64,000 nt of DNA, taken from an uncultured Candidatus Binatia bacterium. GTDB taxonomy: Bacteria > Desulfobacterota > Binatia > UBA9968 > JAJDTQ01. A program made the translations under genes and the position numbers. Location of the stretch: the NCBI GenBank assembly GCA_965215605.1, contig OZ244070.1:224001-288000 (forward strand), written 5' to 3'. The notes under the pieces are model-generated. The model ran no database searches. It was not told the origin of the DNA and saw nothing but the letters and a program-made list of their open reading frames with translations. Shown here piece after piece: positions 26,782-36,943 of the stretch; within the stretch, counting starts at the first letter, position 1, and the number at the start of each line of letters is the position of its first letter.

Positions 26782-28005
26782 TCAGTTCGATTCCGGTAAA
26801 TGTGAAAATATTTCTCGCCACTTGGTGCAACGTCGCGCATCACGTTCTTCATAAACACGCAATGCACACCGAGGTTCCAGCGTGAACGTGCTCTCCCTAT
26901 CCTCTCCCAATGCCGTTATGCGCATGGTATACCACGCCGTTACCCCGCCCCGAGGTGGCGATTGGAACGTCGGAAACTCAGGATCACCACCTTCCTCGGT
27001 CAACCAGATCTCCGCGAGTCGCGTATCAAGAACCATGGCACGCGCTAGACCCACGATGTCGACAGCACCGCTGGCCACGGCAGCCACGGCCTGGTCGCGG
27101 CGTTCAAAGCCCCCCGTCAACATCAGCGGCACATCGGTTACCCCTTTGGCGCGTCTGGCAAATTCAAAGAAGTATGGCCCGCCATCCGATGACCCATCGG
27201 AGCTTGACTTCGCTCCGGGGAAATAGGTCCCGCCGCTAATGTCAATCAGATCGATTGAGGTTTGATCCAGAAGGCGAATCACCTCCAAGGCATCAGCCTC
27301 TGTCAATCCACCTTCCAGTCTGTCCGTCGAGTTGATCTTGATCCCGACGGGAAGCGACGGACCAACGGCACGGCGCACTTCGTCGATCACTTCGAGCACT
27401 ATTCGGCATCGTGCCTCGATCGAACCGCCGTAGCCATCGTCCCGGCGGTTGAACAGTGGAGACAGGAACTGACTGAGCAAGAATCCGTGCCCAGCGTGAA
27501 GTTGAACGCCGCTAAATCCTGCGTCTTTTGCGTATGCTGCGGTTCTTGCATACATGGCGGGCAATTCCTGGATGTCTTGAAGTGACATCCCTCCGCATTG
27601 GAGACCTTGGATATTCAGCGCCGATGGACCCTTGGGACGACTAATCGGCAGGTGCGAAAGAGCACCGGCATGACCGAGTTGCGGCCATATATGAGCGCCC
27701 TCAATCGTGGCACGGCTGACCAAGGAATGTATCGCCCGCTGATCGGTATGAGCTCCGAACACCAGATTCCCGGGCTTCTCCGGATAGCGAGGATCACCCT
27801 GTACCTCACCAATGATCGATGCCGCTACTCCGCCTTCCGCCCATCTCTCGTAGAGTCGAATCTGAGCCTCGGTGGGATCACCTTGGCCGTTCCCAAGCGA
27901 ATCCGACATGGCTGACTTTGCCAGTCGATTTTTCAGGATTGCGCCACAAGGAAGTTCCAGGGAGCTTCCAAGTACCTTGTCGGGATTCGAGGTTTCACGC
28001 TCCAA
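26782..28005 (-). CDS. NADH:flavin oxidoreductase / Old Yellow Enzyme family
   Basis: LKNRLAKSAMS, QLGHAG, GVQLHAGHGFLLSQFLSP..NRRDDGYGGS, ISGGTY, GLAR; start uncertain (TTG 28005). Confidence 0.82.
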   Translation of the reverse strand: MERETSNPDKVLGSSLELPCGAILKNRLAKSAMSDSLGNGQGDPTEAQIRLYERWAEGGVAASIIGEVQGDPRYPEKPGNLVFGAHTDQRAIHSLVSRATIEGAHIWPQLGHAGALSHLPISRPKGPSALNIQGLQCGGMSLQDIQELPAMYARTAAYAKDAGFSGVQLHAGHGFLLSQFLSPLFNRRDDGYGGSIEARCRIVLEVIDEVRRAVGPSLPVGIKINSTDRLEGGLTEADALEVIRLLDQTSIDLIDISGGTYFPGAKSSSDGSSDGGPYFFEFARRAKGVTDVPLMLTGGFERRDQAVAAVASGAVDIVGLARAMVLDTRLAEIWLTEEGGDPEFPTFQSPPRGGVTAWYTMRITALGEDRESTFTLEPRCALRVYEERDARRCTKWREIFSHLPESN

Positions 28006-28990
28006 GGTTCGTTCGCTCAGGCGCTTGCAGCAGCCGGCGGGCATTGCCGCCGAGAACTCCCTCAAACTCGGCCTCCGGCCAGGAGCGATCGCGTAGCGCG
28101 GCGAGGACGCCCTTGCTGCCGCCGGGCACGTGGGGCTCGTCGGTGCCGTAGACGAGGCGGTGGGCGCCGAAGGTGGCGCGGGCGCAGTCGAGAGCCGGAC
28201 CGGAAAAGGTGACGGTGTCATAGTAGCATCGGCGCAGGTACTCGCTCGGCGGACGCAGGCATTTCTCGTAGCGGCGGTAGCCCCGGTCGATGCGGTCCAG
28301 CACCATGCACAGGCCGCCGCCGCAGTGGGACCAGACGATACGGACGTCAGGGCACTCTTCGAGCACGCCGCCAAGGGCCAGCTTGGCAGCCGCCATGGCG
28401 GTCTCGCCAAGGTAGCCCACGGAGAGATACTCGCCCCGGTCGTTGGCCGGGCCGCCCATGGGGAACGTCGGGTGCACCAGCACCAGCAGGTGGCGGCGGT
28501 GGGCCTCGCCCCAGAACTCCCGGAGTTCTGGGGCCTCGAGCGTGTGGCCGCCGACGGTGGTGGTGATGCAGGCGCCGACAGCTCCCAGACCCTTGGCCCG
28601 GTCCAGCTCGTCGACCAGCGCGGCGGTGCTCGTGAAAGGCAGCGCGGCGACGAAACGGAAACGGTCCGGGTGCTCCCGACAGACCGCCGCCAGGCCATCG
28701 TTGACGAGCCGCGCGGTGGCCGGTCCGGTCCAGCCGGTGTCGAGGGCGCCAACGGACAGCACTTCGACCTTGACGCCCGCCTCGTCCATGGTCCGCAGCC
28801 GGCCGGTCACGCCGGCTTCGAAGGGCGCGGACATGGTGTGGCTGCCTCGGCAGGTGAGCGACAGCCCGCGTCCGGACCGGACCAGGGCGAACTCGGACCT
28901 GGCCTTCAGCACCTCGTCGAAGCAGCCGTCCGGATAGACGTGGGCATGCATGTCGACGATGTCGCCGGGTGCAATACGATTGTCTGTCAC
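27995..28990 (-). CDS. amidohydrolase_2 family protein (ACMSD-like)
   Basis: DMHAH, VHP, SHCGG, YYDT, YGTDEP, GGNARRL. Confidence 0.85.
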   Translation of the reverse strand: MTDNRIAPGDIVDMHAHVYPDGCFDEVLKARSEFALVRSGRGLSLTCRGSHTMSAPFEAGVTGRLRTMDEAGVKVEVLSVGALDTGWTGPATARLVNDGLAAVCREHPDRFRFVAALPFTSTAALVDELDRAKGLGAVGACITTTVGGHTLEAPELREFWGEAHRRHLLVLVHPTFPMGGPANDRGEYLSVGYLGETAMAAAKLALGGVLEECPDVRIVWSHCGGGLCMVLDRIDRGYRRYEKCLRPPSEYLRRCYYDTVTFSGPALDCARATFGAHRLVYGTDEPHVPGGSKGVLAALRDRSWPEAEFEGVLGGNARRLLQAPERTNLGA

Positions 28991-29077
28991 GGCCGTGTCC
29001 TCACACCGGCCCTCCCCTTCGGTCCAATTCCATTACCCGTCCGAACCAGAGATGACAGGTTTCGGGTATCGGCGCGC

Positions 29078-31381
29078 TCAGCCCTTCTCCGCGGTATCCA
29101 TCAACTCCAGCAGGTAGCCCGGTTTGAGCGGTAGCCGCGTGACCTCCACCCCCAGGGCGTGGGAGACCGCGTTGGCCAAGGCCGCGCCGGCGGCGGTGAT
29201 GCCGCCCTCCCCCGCTCCCTTGACCCCCAATGGGTTGTGGGGCGACGGGAAGTTTTCGGTGGAGATGAACCGGCCCTGGGGTATGTCCATGGCCGTGGGC
29301 ATGAGGTAGTCCATGAAGCTCGTGGCTTGGGGCTGGCCGTCCTGGTCGAAGACGAACTCCTCCAGCAGCGCTCCGCCGATGCCCTGGGCCAGGCCGCCGG
29401 CCATCTGGCCCTCCACGATCATGGGGTTGATCTTGCGACCGATGTCTTCCATCACGAGGTAGTCCAGGATCTCGATCATGCCCGTCTCCCGGTCCACCTC
29501 CACCAGGGCCACATGGACGCCGTAAGGGAACGGCCGCTTGTCGGTGGCGAAGAAGTGCTCCTCCGAGATGCCGGGGGTGAAGCCCCGGGCCAGCGCCGGC
29601 CCTGGCAGCGCCAGCCGGGCCAGCGCGGCGAAGTCCAGGCTCCGCTCCGGCGCGCCCTTGACGCTGATGCGGCCATCCGCCAGCACGAGATCGCCCGCGT
29701 CGATCTCCAACTCCGCCGCGGCCAGCCGCAGGAGCTTGTCCCTGACCTTCCGGCACGCGCCCACGGCGGCGCTGCCGCCCATGACCGTGGAGCGGCTGGC
29801 GTTGCTGCCGTTGCCGTAGGGCACCTTGGCGGTATCGCCGTGCACCACCCGCACGTCATCGATGGACACGCACATCTCGTCGGCGACGATCTGGCTCAGC
29901 GCGGTGGCGATACCCTGTCCCACGGAATTGATGCCGCAGTAGAGCACCACGCCGCCGTTGTTGCCCACCTCCACCCGGGCGTACTCCCAGGGTCCGATGC
30001 CGCTGGTCTCCACGAAGCAGCCGATGCCCACGCCCATGGCCCGGCCTTCGGCCCGGGCCGCCGCGCACCGCCGCTGAAGCTCCTCGTAGTCCATGTGGCG
30101 CAAGGCCGCGTCGAGTTGCCCCGGCAGATCGCCGCTGTCGTACACGTTGTAGTGGTACGGGTTACGGCCGAGGTCGTAGGGCATTTCCTCCGGGCGGATC
30201 ATGTTGCGCCGCCGCAGCTCAGCGGGATCGAGCCCGAGGCGATGAGCCGCCATGTCCAGGAGCCGCTCGCGCACGAAGTTGGCCTCGTAACGGCCCGGGC
30301 TCCGGTAGGTGCCCACCGGAGTCTTGTTGGTGAGCACGCAATGGATCTCGCAGCGGTAGTTCGGAATGCGCAGCGGCCCCTGGAGCATGGCGGATGACGA
30401 CACGACGGGCGTGCCGCCGTGGGTGCGCGTGTAGCCGCCCATGTCGAACAGGATCTCCGCGTCCATGGCCACGATGGCGCCGTCGTTGCGGAGGCCCAGC
30501 CGCACCCGATAGGACTGCTGCCGCGAATGGTTGGTGGCCTTGAGATGCTCCGAGCGGTCCTCGATCCAGCACACGGGCGCGCGGAAGCGCATGGCGGCAA
30601 AGGGGATCAGGAAGTCTTCGGGGTAGAACTCGCCCCGGGCGCCAAAGCCGCCGCCCACCGCCGGCTCGATGAAATGGATCGCGCTCTGGGGCAAGCCGCT
30701 CAACTCCGAGAGGATGCGCCAGTTGGTGTGGGTCATCTTGGTGGGACCCCACACCGTGAGCATGCCGCGGGCCTCGTCGTACTCCGCCACGAGCCCGCGG
30801 GTCTCCAGCGGCACCGCGGCATGACGATTGGTCTCGAAGGTTTCCTCGATGACAAGGTCGCACTCAGCCAACGCGCGCGTCACGTCCCCCCTCTCCACCT
30901 GAAACCCGGCGGGCGCGTTTCCCGGCACCGCTTCATGGAGCCGGGGCGCGTCTGGCGCCATGGCAGCGCGGGCGCCGGTCACCGCGGGCAGCTCTTCGTA
31001 GACCACCTCCACCAACTCCTGCGCGTCCTCGGCCACGTAGCGATCTTGCGCCACCACCACGGCCACGGGCTCACCCACGTAACGCACGCGGTCCGTGGCG
31101 ATGGGCGTCTGCTGCGAGCGCTCCAGGCCGGGCAACTGGCTGGTGCGCATGGGAATGGTCTTGAGGCCGGGCATGTCCGCCGCCGTGAGCACGCCCACGA
31201 CGCCGGGCAGCGCCAAGGCCGCGGAGGCGTCGATGCCGGAAAGCCGGGCGTGGGCGCGGGTGCTCCGGAGGACGGCGGCGTGCACCATCCCCGGCCGCCG
31301 GATGTCGCCGACGTACTTGCCGATGCCCCGGAGCAGCGGCACGTCCTCTATCCGCTTCACGCTGGAGCCGATGTAGGGCAT
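29078..31381 (-). CDS. xanthine dehydrogenase/CoxL-family molybdopterin-binding subunit
   Basis: R.ED..LLRG.GKY, GGGFGARG, TYRSPGR, GQG, KGAGEGG. Confidence 0.92.
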   Translation of the reverse strand: MPYIGSSVKRIEDVPLLRGIGKYVGDIRRPGMVHAAVLRSTRAHARLSGIDASAALALPGVVGVLTAADMPGLKTIPMRTSQLPGLERSQQTPIATDRVRYVGEPVAVVVAQDRYVAEDAQELVEVVYEELPAVTGARAAMAPDAPRLHEAVPGNAPAGFQVERGDVTRALAECDLVIEETFETNRHAAVPLETRGLVAEYDEARGMLTVWGPTKMTHTNWRILSELSGLPQSAIHFIEPAVGGGFGARGEFYPEDFLIPFAAMRFRAPVCWIEDRSEHLKATNHSRQQSYRVRLGLRNDGAIVAMDAEILFDMGGYTRTHGGTPVVSSSAMLQGPLRIPNYRCEIHCVLTNKTPVGTYRSPGRYEANFVRERLLDMAAHRLGLDPAELRRRNMIRPEEMPYDLGRNPYHYNVYDSGDLPGQLDAALRHMDYEELQRRCAAARAEGRAMGVGIGCFVETSGIGPWEYARVEVGNNGGVVLYCGINSVGQGIATALSQIVADEMCVSIDDVRVVHGDTAKVPYGNGSNASRSTVMGGSAAVGACRKVRDKLLRLAAAELEIDAGDLVLADGRISVKGAPERSLDFAALARLALPGPALARGFTPGISEEHFFATDKRPFPYGVHVALVEVDRETGMIEILDYLVMEDIGRKINPMIVEGQMAGGLAQGIGGALLEEFVFDQDGQPQATSFMDYLMPTAMDIPQGRFISTENFPSPHNPLGVKGAGEGGITAAGAALANAVSHALGVEVTRLPLKPGYLLELMDTAEKG

Positions 31382-31390
31382 GGGCGTTCT

Positions 31391-31900
31391 TCAGTCCTTT
31401 CGAGGCGCGGAGGCGGCCGCCTTCCCCTCCGACATCAGTTCCGCGGCCTCGCGAATCGCCGTCACGATGTTCCTGTAGCCGGTGCAGCGGCACAGGTTGC
31501 CGCTGATCCACTCACGGATCTCGGTGTCGTCGGGAGCGGGGTTCTCCCGCAGCAGCGCCCGGGCGGTGAGCAGGATGCCGGGCGTGCAGAAGCCGCACTG
31601 GAGGCCGTGCCGTTCCTGGAACTTCTCCTGCAGCGGATGCAGCGTGTCCGCGTCCGGCGCCAACCCCTCCACGGTGTCGATCTCGGCGCCGTCGGCCTGC
31701 ACCGCGAACATCAGGCAGGAACGCACCGGATCGCCGTTGAGCAGCACCGTACAGGCGCCGCACACGCCGTGCTCGCAGCCTACGTGGGTGCCGGTGAGGG
31801 CCAGGTCGTCGCGGATGAAGTCGCTCAAGAGCTTCCGCGGCTCCGTCTCCCCGTGCCGCTCGACCCCGTTGATCCGTACCGTGATGTTGCGCGTGCTCAT
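31391..31900 (-). CDS. 2Fe-2S subunit (CoxS family)
   Basis: GCEHGVCGAC, QCGFCTPG, NLCRCTGY; start at MSTRNI. Confidence 0.92.
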   Translation of the reverse strand: MSTRNITVRINGVERHGETEPRKLLSDFIRDDLALTGTHVGCEHGVCGACTVLLNGDPVRSCLMFAVQADGAEIDTVEGLAPDADTLHPLQEKFQERHGLQCGFCTPGILLTARALLRENPAPDDTEIREWISGNLCRCTGYRNIVTAIREAAELMSEGKAAASAPRKD

Positions 31901-32778
31901 GGGGAGTCCTTCATGGCCGTCGCGGCCCTTTGGGCGGCCTCGGCCAAGGCCCGCCGGGCCAGGGCCTCGCACGCGCGACGGCGGTAGCCGGCGCTCGCGT
32001 GCATGTCGGAGTCCTGCTCGATATCGGCCACGGCCCTGCGTGCCGCCTCCCGGAACAGCGCCTCCGACGGCTTCTCCCCCATCACCGCGGCCGCCGCGTC
32101 GCGGGCCCGGATGGGTGCGGAACCGGTGAGGGTCAACCGGGCGTCCGCCACCGCGCCGTCGCGGCCGAGCGTCACCAGCGCCGCCGCCCCCGCCAGCGCG
32201 AAGTCACCGTAGCGGCGGCTTACCTCCTGGAACGCCGCGCCGCTGCCGGCCGCCGGCGACGGCACCCGGACCTCGCGGAGCAGCTCGCCGGGCTCCAGGG
32301 CGGTAGTCATGGTGCCCAGAAAGAAATCCTCGGCCGCCACGGTGCGCTCGCCGCCTCCCTCCTGCAGCACGAAGCTCGCGCCCAGCGTGACCATGGCCAC
32401 GGGCAACTCGGCGGACGGATATGCGTGGGCCAGGCTGCCGCCCACGGTGCCGCGGTTGCGTATCTGGACGTGGCCGATGAATCCGGCTGCTTCCCGCAGC
32501 AGCGGCCATCCCGCGGCCGCCTCTTCGGAGCGCTCCAGCGCCCGCTGCCGGGTCATGGCGCCGATGCGCAACTCGCCGCCCTCAACGGTCAGGAAGTCCA
32601 GTTCCGCCACCCCGTTCAGGTCCACCAGGTGCGCGGGGCGGGCGAGGCGGAAGTTCATGAGCGGTACCAGGCTCTGGCCGCCGGCCAGCACCCGGGCGTC
32701 CTCGCCCAGACGGGCCAGCAGCGCGGCGGCTTCGGACAAGGTCGTCGGATCGTGGTACTCGAAGCCTGCGGGTTTCAT
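31897..32778 (-). CDS. FAD-binding subunit (CoxM family)
   Basis: MKPAGFEY, LAGGQSLVP, IRNRGTVGGS, RRYGDFA. Confidence 0.92.
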   Translation of the reverse strand: MKPAGFEYHDPTTLSEAAALLARLGEDARVLAGGQSLVPLMNFRLARPAHLVDLNGVAELDFLTVEGGELRIGAMTRQRALERSEEAAAGWPLLREAAGFIGHVQIRNRGTVGGSLAHAYPSAELPVAMVTLGASFVLQEGGGERTVAAEDFFLGTMTTALEPGELLREVRVPSPAAGSGAAFQEVSRRYGDFALAGAAALVTLGRDGAVADARLTLTGSAPIRARDAAAAVMGEKPSEALFREAARRAVADIEQDSDMHASAGYRRRACEALARRALAEAAQRAATAMKDSP

Positions 32779-32975
32779 TTCGCCTCGGAAAAGGGTTGGG
32801 GCGGGAACGGCACGGCCCGCCGCTCCACCTTCATGGCGCGGGATTGTAGTACCGGCTGCCGGGAAATGCCAGCCGCCGAAAACTGCGCCAGCCATGATGT
32901 TTGCGGGACGGACGGGTTTGGTTCTATGAGTAGGAAATGATCCTGTTGAAGAGATCGATCCGGAGGTCGGCATAG

Positions 32976-35291
32976 ATGGACACCGCACACGCGAAACGCA
33001 TTCAAACGTCCCTCCACTGGGGCGCTTACCAAGTCGATGTCCAGGGTGGGCGCATCATCGCCGTGCATCCATTGGCCGGTGACCCGGACCCGTCGCCCAT
33101 CGGACAGTCGATCCCGGACGCCGTGCACCACCCCTGCCGGGTGGCCCGGCCCATGGTGCGGAAGGGTTGGCTGGAGCGGGGGCCCGAGCATCACGGAGGT
33201 GGCCGCGGGACGGAGCCGTTCGTCCCGGTGAGCTGGGACGAGGCCCTGGACCTGGTGTCTGGAGAGCTGCGGCGCGTGCGGGAATCCTGCGGCAACTCGG
33301 GAATATTCGGCGGCTCCTACGGCTGGGCCTCCGCGGGCCGCTTCCACCACGCCCAAAGTCAGCTTCACCGCTTCCTGAACCAGTCGGGCGGCTATGTCCG
33401 GTCCGTCAACACCTACAGCTTTGCGGCGGCGGAAGTCATCGTCCCCCATGTCTTTGGCTATGACTGGGGCGCCGTCCGCGGCAGATCCACTTCGTGGCCG
33501 GTGATCGCCAGGCATGCGGAGCTTGTGGTCAGCTTCGGGGGCATCCCGCTCAAGAATACCCAGGTCAGCGCCGGCGGCTTGAGCAGACATGCCATACGGG
33601 GCTGGCTCGAGGGCTGCAGGGAGAACGGGGTCGAGTTCGTGAACATCAGTCCGCTACGGGACGATGCCGCGGACTTCCTCGAGGCGGAATGGCTGGCGCC
33701 GCGCCCCAACACCGACACCGCGCTGATGCTGGGCCTGGCCCACGCGCTGGTTCACGAGGGGCTCCACGACCGGACGTTCCTGGACAAGTACTGTACCGGG
33801 TTCGAGTCCTTTCGGACCTACCTCATGGGTGAGCAGGACGGTCAACCCAAGGACCCTGAGTGGGCGGCGGCCCTGTGCGGCATCCCGGCCGACACCATCC
33901 GGAGCCTAGCCCGGCGCATGGCGGCGGCGCGGACTTTCATTACCGTGAGCTGGTCGCTGCAGCGCGCCGACCACGGCGAACAGCCCTATTGGATGGCGGC
34001 GGTCCTGGCGGCGATGCTGGGCCAGATCGGGCTTCCCGGAGGCGGCATCGGCTACGGCTACGGCGCCACCGGCTCCATGGGCAATCCCGTGAAGTCCGTC
34101 GGCGGGATGGCGCTGCCGCAGGGCGTGAACCCGGTGAGCTCCTTTATTCCGGTGGCGCGCATCGCGGACATGCTTCTCCATCCCGGCGAACCGTTCGACT
34201 ACAACGGACAGCGGTTGCGGTATCCCGACATCCGTCTCGTCTACTGGTGCGGCGGCAACCCCTTTCATCACCACCAGGACCTCAACCGGCTGGTGGAAGC
34301 ATGGCAGCGTCCCGAAACCATCATCGTCCACGAACCCTGGTGGAACCCTCAGGCGCGGCACGCGGACATCGTGCTGCCGGCCACCACCCCCCTGGAACGC
34401 AACGACATCGGCTGGCAGGCCGCCGACCCCGAGGTACTGGCCATGGCACAGGCCATCCCTCCGGTGGGCGAGGCGCGGAACGACTACGACATCTTCTCGG
34501 GCCTCGCCGATCGACTGGAGTTCAAGGACGGCTTCACCGAGGGCCGGCAGGAGAAGGACTGGCTGCAGCACCTCTACGACACGTTCCGCGGGCAGTTCAT
34601 CCGCGAAGGGATAGAGTTGCCGCCGTTCGATGAGTTCTGGCGCGCCGGTCATGTCACCTTGCCGACAGCGGGCGACGAGAAGGTGCTGCTTGCCCAATTC
34701 CGGGAAGATCCGGTCGCGCACCCGTTGCCGACGCCGTCCGGGCGTATCGAGATCTTCTCCGAAACCATCGCCGGCTTCGGCTACGACGACTGCCCCGGAC
34801 ATCCGGCCTGGATCGAGCCGGAGGAGTGGCTGGGCGGAGAGAAGGCCAGCCGTTTCCCGCTCCACCTCATCTCCCATCAGCCAACCACGAGACTTCACAG
34901 TCAGCACGACCCGGGAGCGGTCAGCGTCGCCAACAAGGTGCAGGGCCGCGAGCCGTTGCTGATACACCCCGCCGCCGCGGCCGCCAGGGGGATAGCGGAC
35001 GGCACCGTGATACGCGTGTACAATGATCGCGGAGCCTGTCTCGCCGGCGCCCGCGTCACCCAGAACGTCTCGCCGGACACCGTCGTGCTGGCCACCGGAG
35101 CCTGGTTCGACCCCGCCGCGCCGGGCGGTCTGGAACGGCACGGCAATCCCAACGTCCTGACCCTGGACAAGGGCACCTCGAGGCTCGCTCAGGGCCCCGT
35201 CTCCCAGACGGCGCTTGTGGAGGTCGAGGCGTTCGAGGAGGAGTTGCCGGAGGTGCAGGCTTTCACCGCGCCCGGTGCCGCGGGGACCTGA
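32976..35291 (+). CDS. bis-MGD oxidoreductase, TorA/BisC (TMAO/biotin-sulfoxide reductase) type, no Tat signal
   Basis: HWG, PMVRKGWL, SYGWASAGRFHHA, TYS (Ser ligand), GGNPFHHHQD, RLHSQ, GNPNVLT. Confidence 0.9.
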   Translation: MDTAHAKRIQTSLHWGAYQVDVQGGRIIAVHPLAGDPDPSPIGQSIPDAVHHPCRVARPMVRKGWLERGPEHHGGGRGTEPFVPVSWDEALDLVSGELRRVRESCGNSGIFGGSYGWASAGRFHHAQSQLHRFLNQSGGYVRSVNTYSFAAAEVIVPHVFGYDWGAVRGRSTSWPVIARHAELVVSFGGIPLKNTQVSAGGLSRHAIRGWLEGCRENGVEFVNISPLRDDAADFLEAEWLAPRPNTDTALMLGLAHALVHEGLHDRTFLDKYCTGFESFRTYLMGEQDGQPKDPEWAAALCGIPADTIRSLARRMAAARTFITVSWSLQRADHGEQPYWMAAVLAAMLGQIGLPGGGIGYGYGATGSMGNPVKSVGGMALPQGVNPVSSFIPVARIADMLLHPGEPFDYNGQRLRYPDIRLVYWCGGNPFHHHQDLNRLVEAWQRPETIIVHEPWWNPQARHADIVLPATTPLERNDIGWQAADPEVLAMAQAIPPVGEARNDYDIFSGLADRLEFKDGFTEGRQEKDWLQHLYDTFRGQFIREGIELPPFDEFWRAGHVTLPTAGDEKVLLAQFREDPVAHPLPTPSGRIEIFSETIAGFGYDDCPGHPAWIEPEEWLGGEKASRFPLHLISHQPTTRLHSQHDPGAVSVANKVQGREPLLIHPAAAAARGIADGTVIRVYNDRGACLAGARVTQNVSPDTVVLATGAWFDPAAPGGLERHGNPNVLTLDKGTSRLAQGPVSQTALVEVEAFEEELPEVQAFTAPGAAGT

Positions 35292-35404
35292 GCTGCCGCG
35301 GACAACAGCAACATCCTGTGCATCCGGGTCAACGTGCCTGCGAAACGCGGCACCGGCCGGCTTTTGCCTCCATGATGGCCGGCTGCTAACTTGTGGGCTC
35401 ACGT

Positions 35405-35499
35405 GGAGAAGGAAGGTGCCCGGTGGTGCCGCTGGTCTTCAAAACCAGTCTGAGGGCCGTAAGGTTCTCGGAGGGTTCGACTCCCTCCCTTCTCCGCCA
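35405..35499 (+). tRNA. selC: tRNA-Sec (anticodon TCA)
   Basis: 95 nt; 8-bp acceptor stem GGAGAAGG/CCTTCTCC, ctggt-cTTCAaa-accag anticodon arm, long variable arm, GGTTCGACTCC T-arm, 3' GCCA. Confidence 0.93.
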
Positions 35500-35627
35500 C
35501 CACGCGAGCCTGCGCATGGCAAGCGGCCGGAATACCCGTGGGGAACGCTTCGCCCCACCCTTCAGGGTCCGCGGCGAACGGAAGCGCGCCGGAGCCGCCG
35601 CCCCTTGAGCCGGGGCGGGAATACGCG

Positions 35628-36857
35628 ATGAGCACCTCCGCCGACCTCACAGCCGCACCCGACGCCGCAGCGCCGGAACCATCCCGTAGCCGCGTGCTCG
35701 GGCTGCTGACCGTGGGCCACGGCGTCACGCACATATTCCAGGGCACCATGGCCGTGTGCCTGCCGCTGGTGGTGCGCGACTTCGGCATCTCCTACACCGA
35801 GATCGGCGTGTTGCGCTCGGCGCAGCGGGTGTCCCACATCCTGAGCATCACCATCGGCGGCCTGGCCACCGACCTGCTGCGGGACCGCAGAGGCATCCTG
35901 CTGCTGTCGCTCCTGTGGCCCTCCCTGTTCTTCTCGCTCCAGGGATTTGCCGCGACCTTCTGGATCTTCGGCGCCCTGGTGTGCACCCAGGCCCTGTTGG
36001 GCGGTTTCCTGTGGCACGCGCCCGCGCGCGCGGTGGTGGGCGAGAAGTTCCCGGACCGCATGGGTTTCGCCTTGGGGGTACACGCCATGGGGGCGAACGT
36101 CGGCGCGGCCCTGGCCCCCATCGTGGTGGGCGCGCTGCTCACCTGGATCACGTGGCGCACCGCCTACCTGTTCCAGTTCGTGCCGGGCGTCGCCATTGCG
36201 CTCTTTCTCTGGGCGGTGCTGCCGCCCCTGCGGCACGACGCCACGGCGCGCAACCGTTCCGCTTCCTACGGCCGGGCCCTGCGCGCCGACATCCTCACCA
36301 ACCTGCCGCTGATGGGCGTGACCCTGGTGGCGGCGCTGCGCTCCATCGGGGAGAACCTGGTCCCCACCTTCCTGCCGCTCTACCTGACCACGGACCTGAA
36401 CATGGGCATCGTCACGGTGGGCGTCTACCTCGCGTGCCTGGCGCTGGTGGGCACCATCTTCGCGCCGGTCATCGGGCACCTCTCCGACCGCTTCGGACGG
36501 AAAGGCACCATCTTTCTCTCGCTTCTCACCGGGGGCCTGCTCATCGGCTCCATACCGTTGATGCCGTCCGGGTGGTTCCTGCTTCCGGTGGTGTCCCTCG
36601 GCGGCATGGCGCTCTTCGCCGTGGGACCCATCATCCAGGCCAGCGGGCTGGAGCACGCGCCCAGGGATATCTGGGGCGCGGCCCAGACCTTCATGGACGT
36701 GGGGCGCTCGACCCTGTCGCTGGTGTTCCCGCTGGTGGCCGGCGCCGTGGCCGACATTTACGGACTGCGCTACACGTTCTATCTCTTCGGCGCCATCAAC
36801 CTGTTGGGTGCATTCACCATCCTGGTGGTTCCCGCCGCGCGCACGCGGAAGCGGTAG
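35628..36857 (+). CDS. MFS transporter
   Basis: About 12 TM, GHLSDRFGRK motif. Confidence 0.88.
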   Translation: MSTSADLTAAPDAAAPEPSRSRVLGLLTVGHGVTHIFQGTMAVCLPLVVRDFGISYTEIGVLRSAQRVSHILSITIGGLATDLLRDRRGILLLSLLWPSLFFSLQGFAATFWIFGALVCTQALLGGFLWHAPARAVVGEKFPDRMGFALGVHAMGANVGAALAPIVVGALLTWITWRTAYLFQFVPGVAIALFLWAVLPPLRHDATARNRSASYGRALRADILTNLPLMGVTLVAALRSIGENLVPTFLPLYLTTDLNMGIVTVGVYLACLALVGTIFAPVIGHLSDRFGRKGTIFLSLLTGGLLIGSIPLMPSGWFLLPVVSLGGMALFAVGPIIQASGLEHAPRDIWGAAQTFMDVGRSTLSLVFPLVAGAVADIYGLRYTFYLFGAINLLGAFTILVVPAARTRKR

Positions 36858-36943
36858 CAAGGCGTAGAAGTCCGGACACAGCCTGTGAGACGGAGCCGGC
36901 CAAGGCTCCCATCCAAGTCGAACAATCCCAAGGAGGAGAATTC

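Noticed and set aside
26782-28752. 656-aa ORF suggesting a fusion N-terminal to the OYE domain
   Set aside because: The N-terminal part is an alternate frame of the amidohydrolase gene with low-complexity Ala/Pro/Arg/Ser content.
29078-32778. Aerobic CO dehydrogenase call (also 50819..54597)
   Set aside because: The form I AYxCSFR motif is absent in both large subunits, and there are no cox accessory genes.
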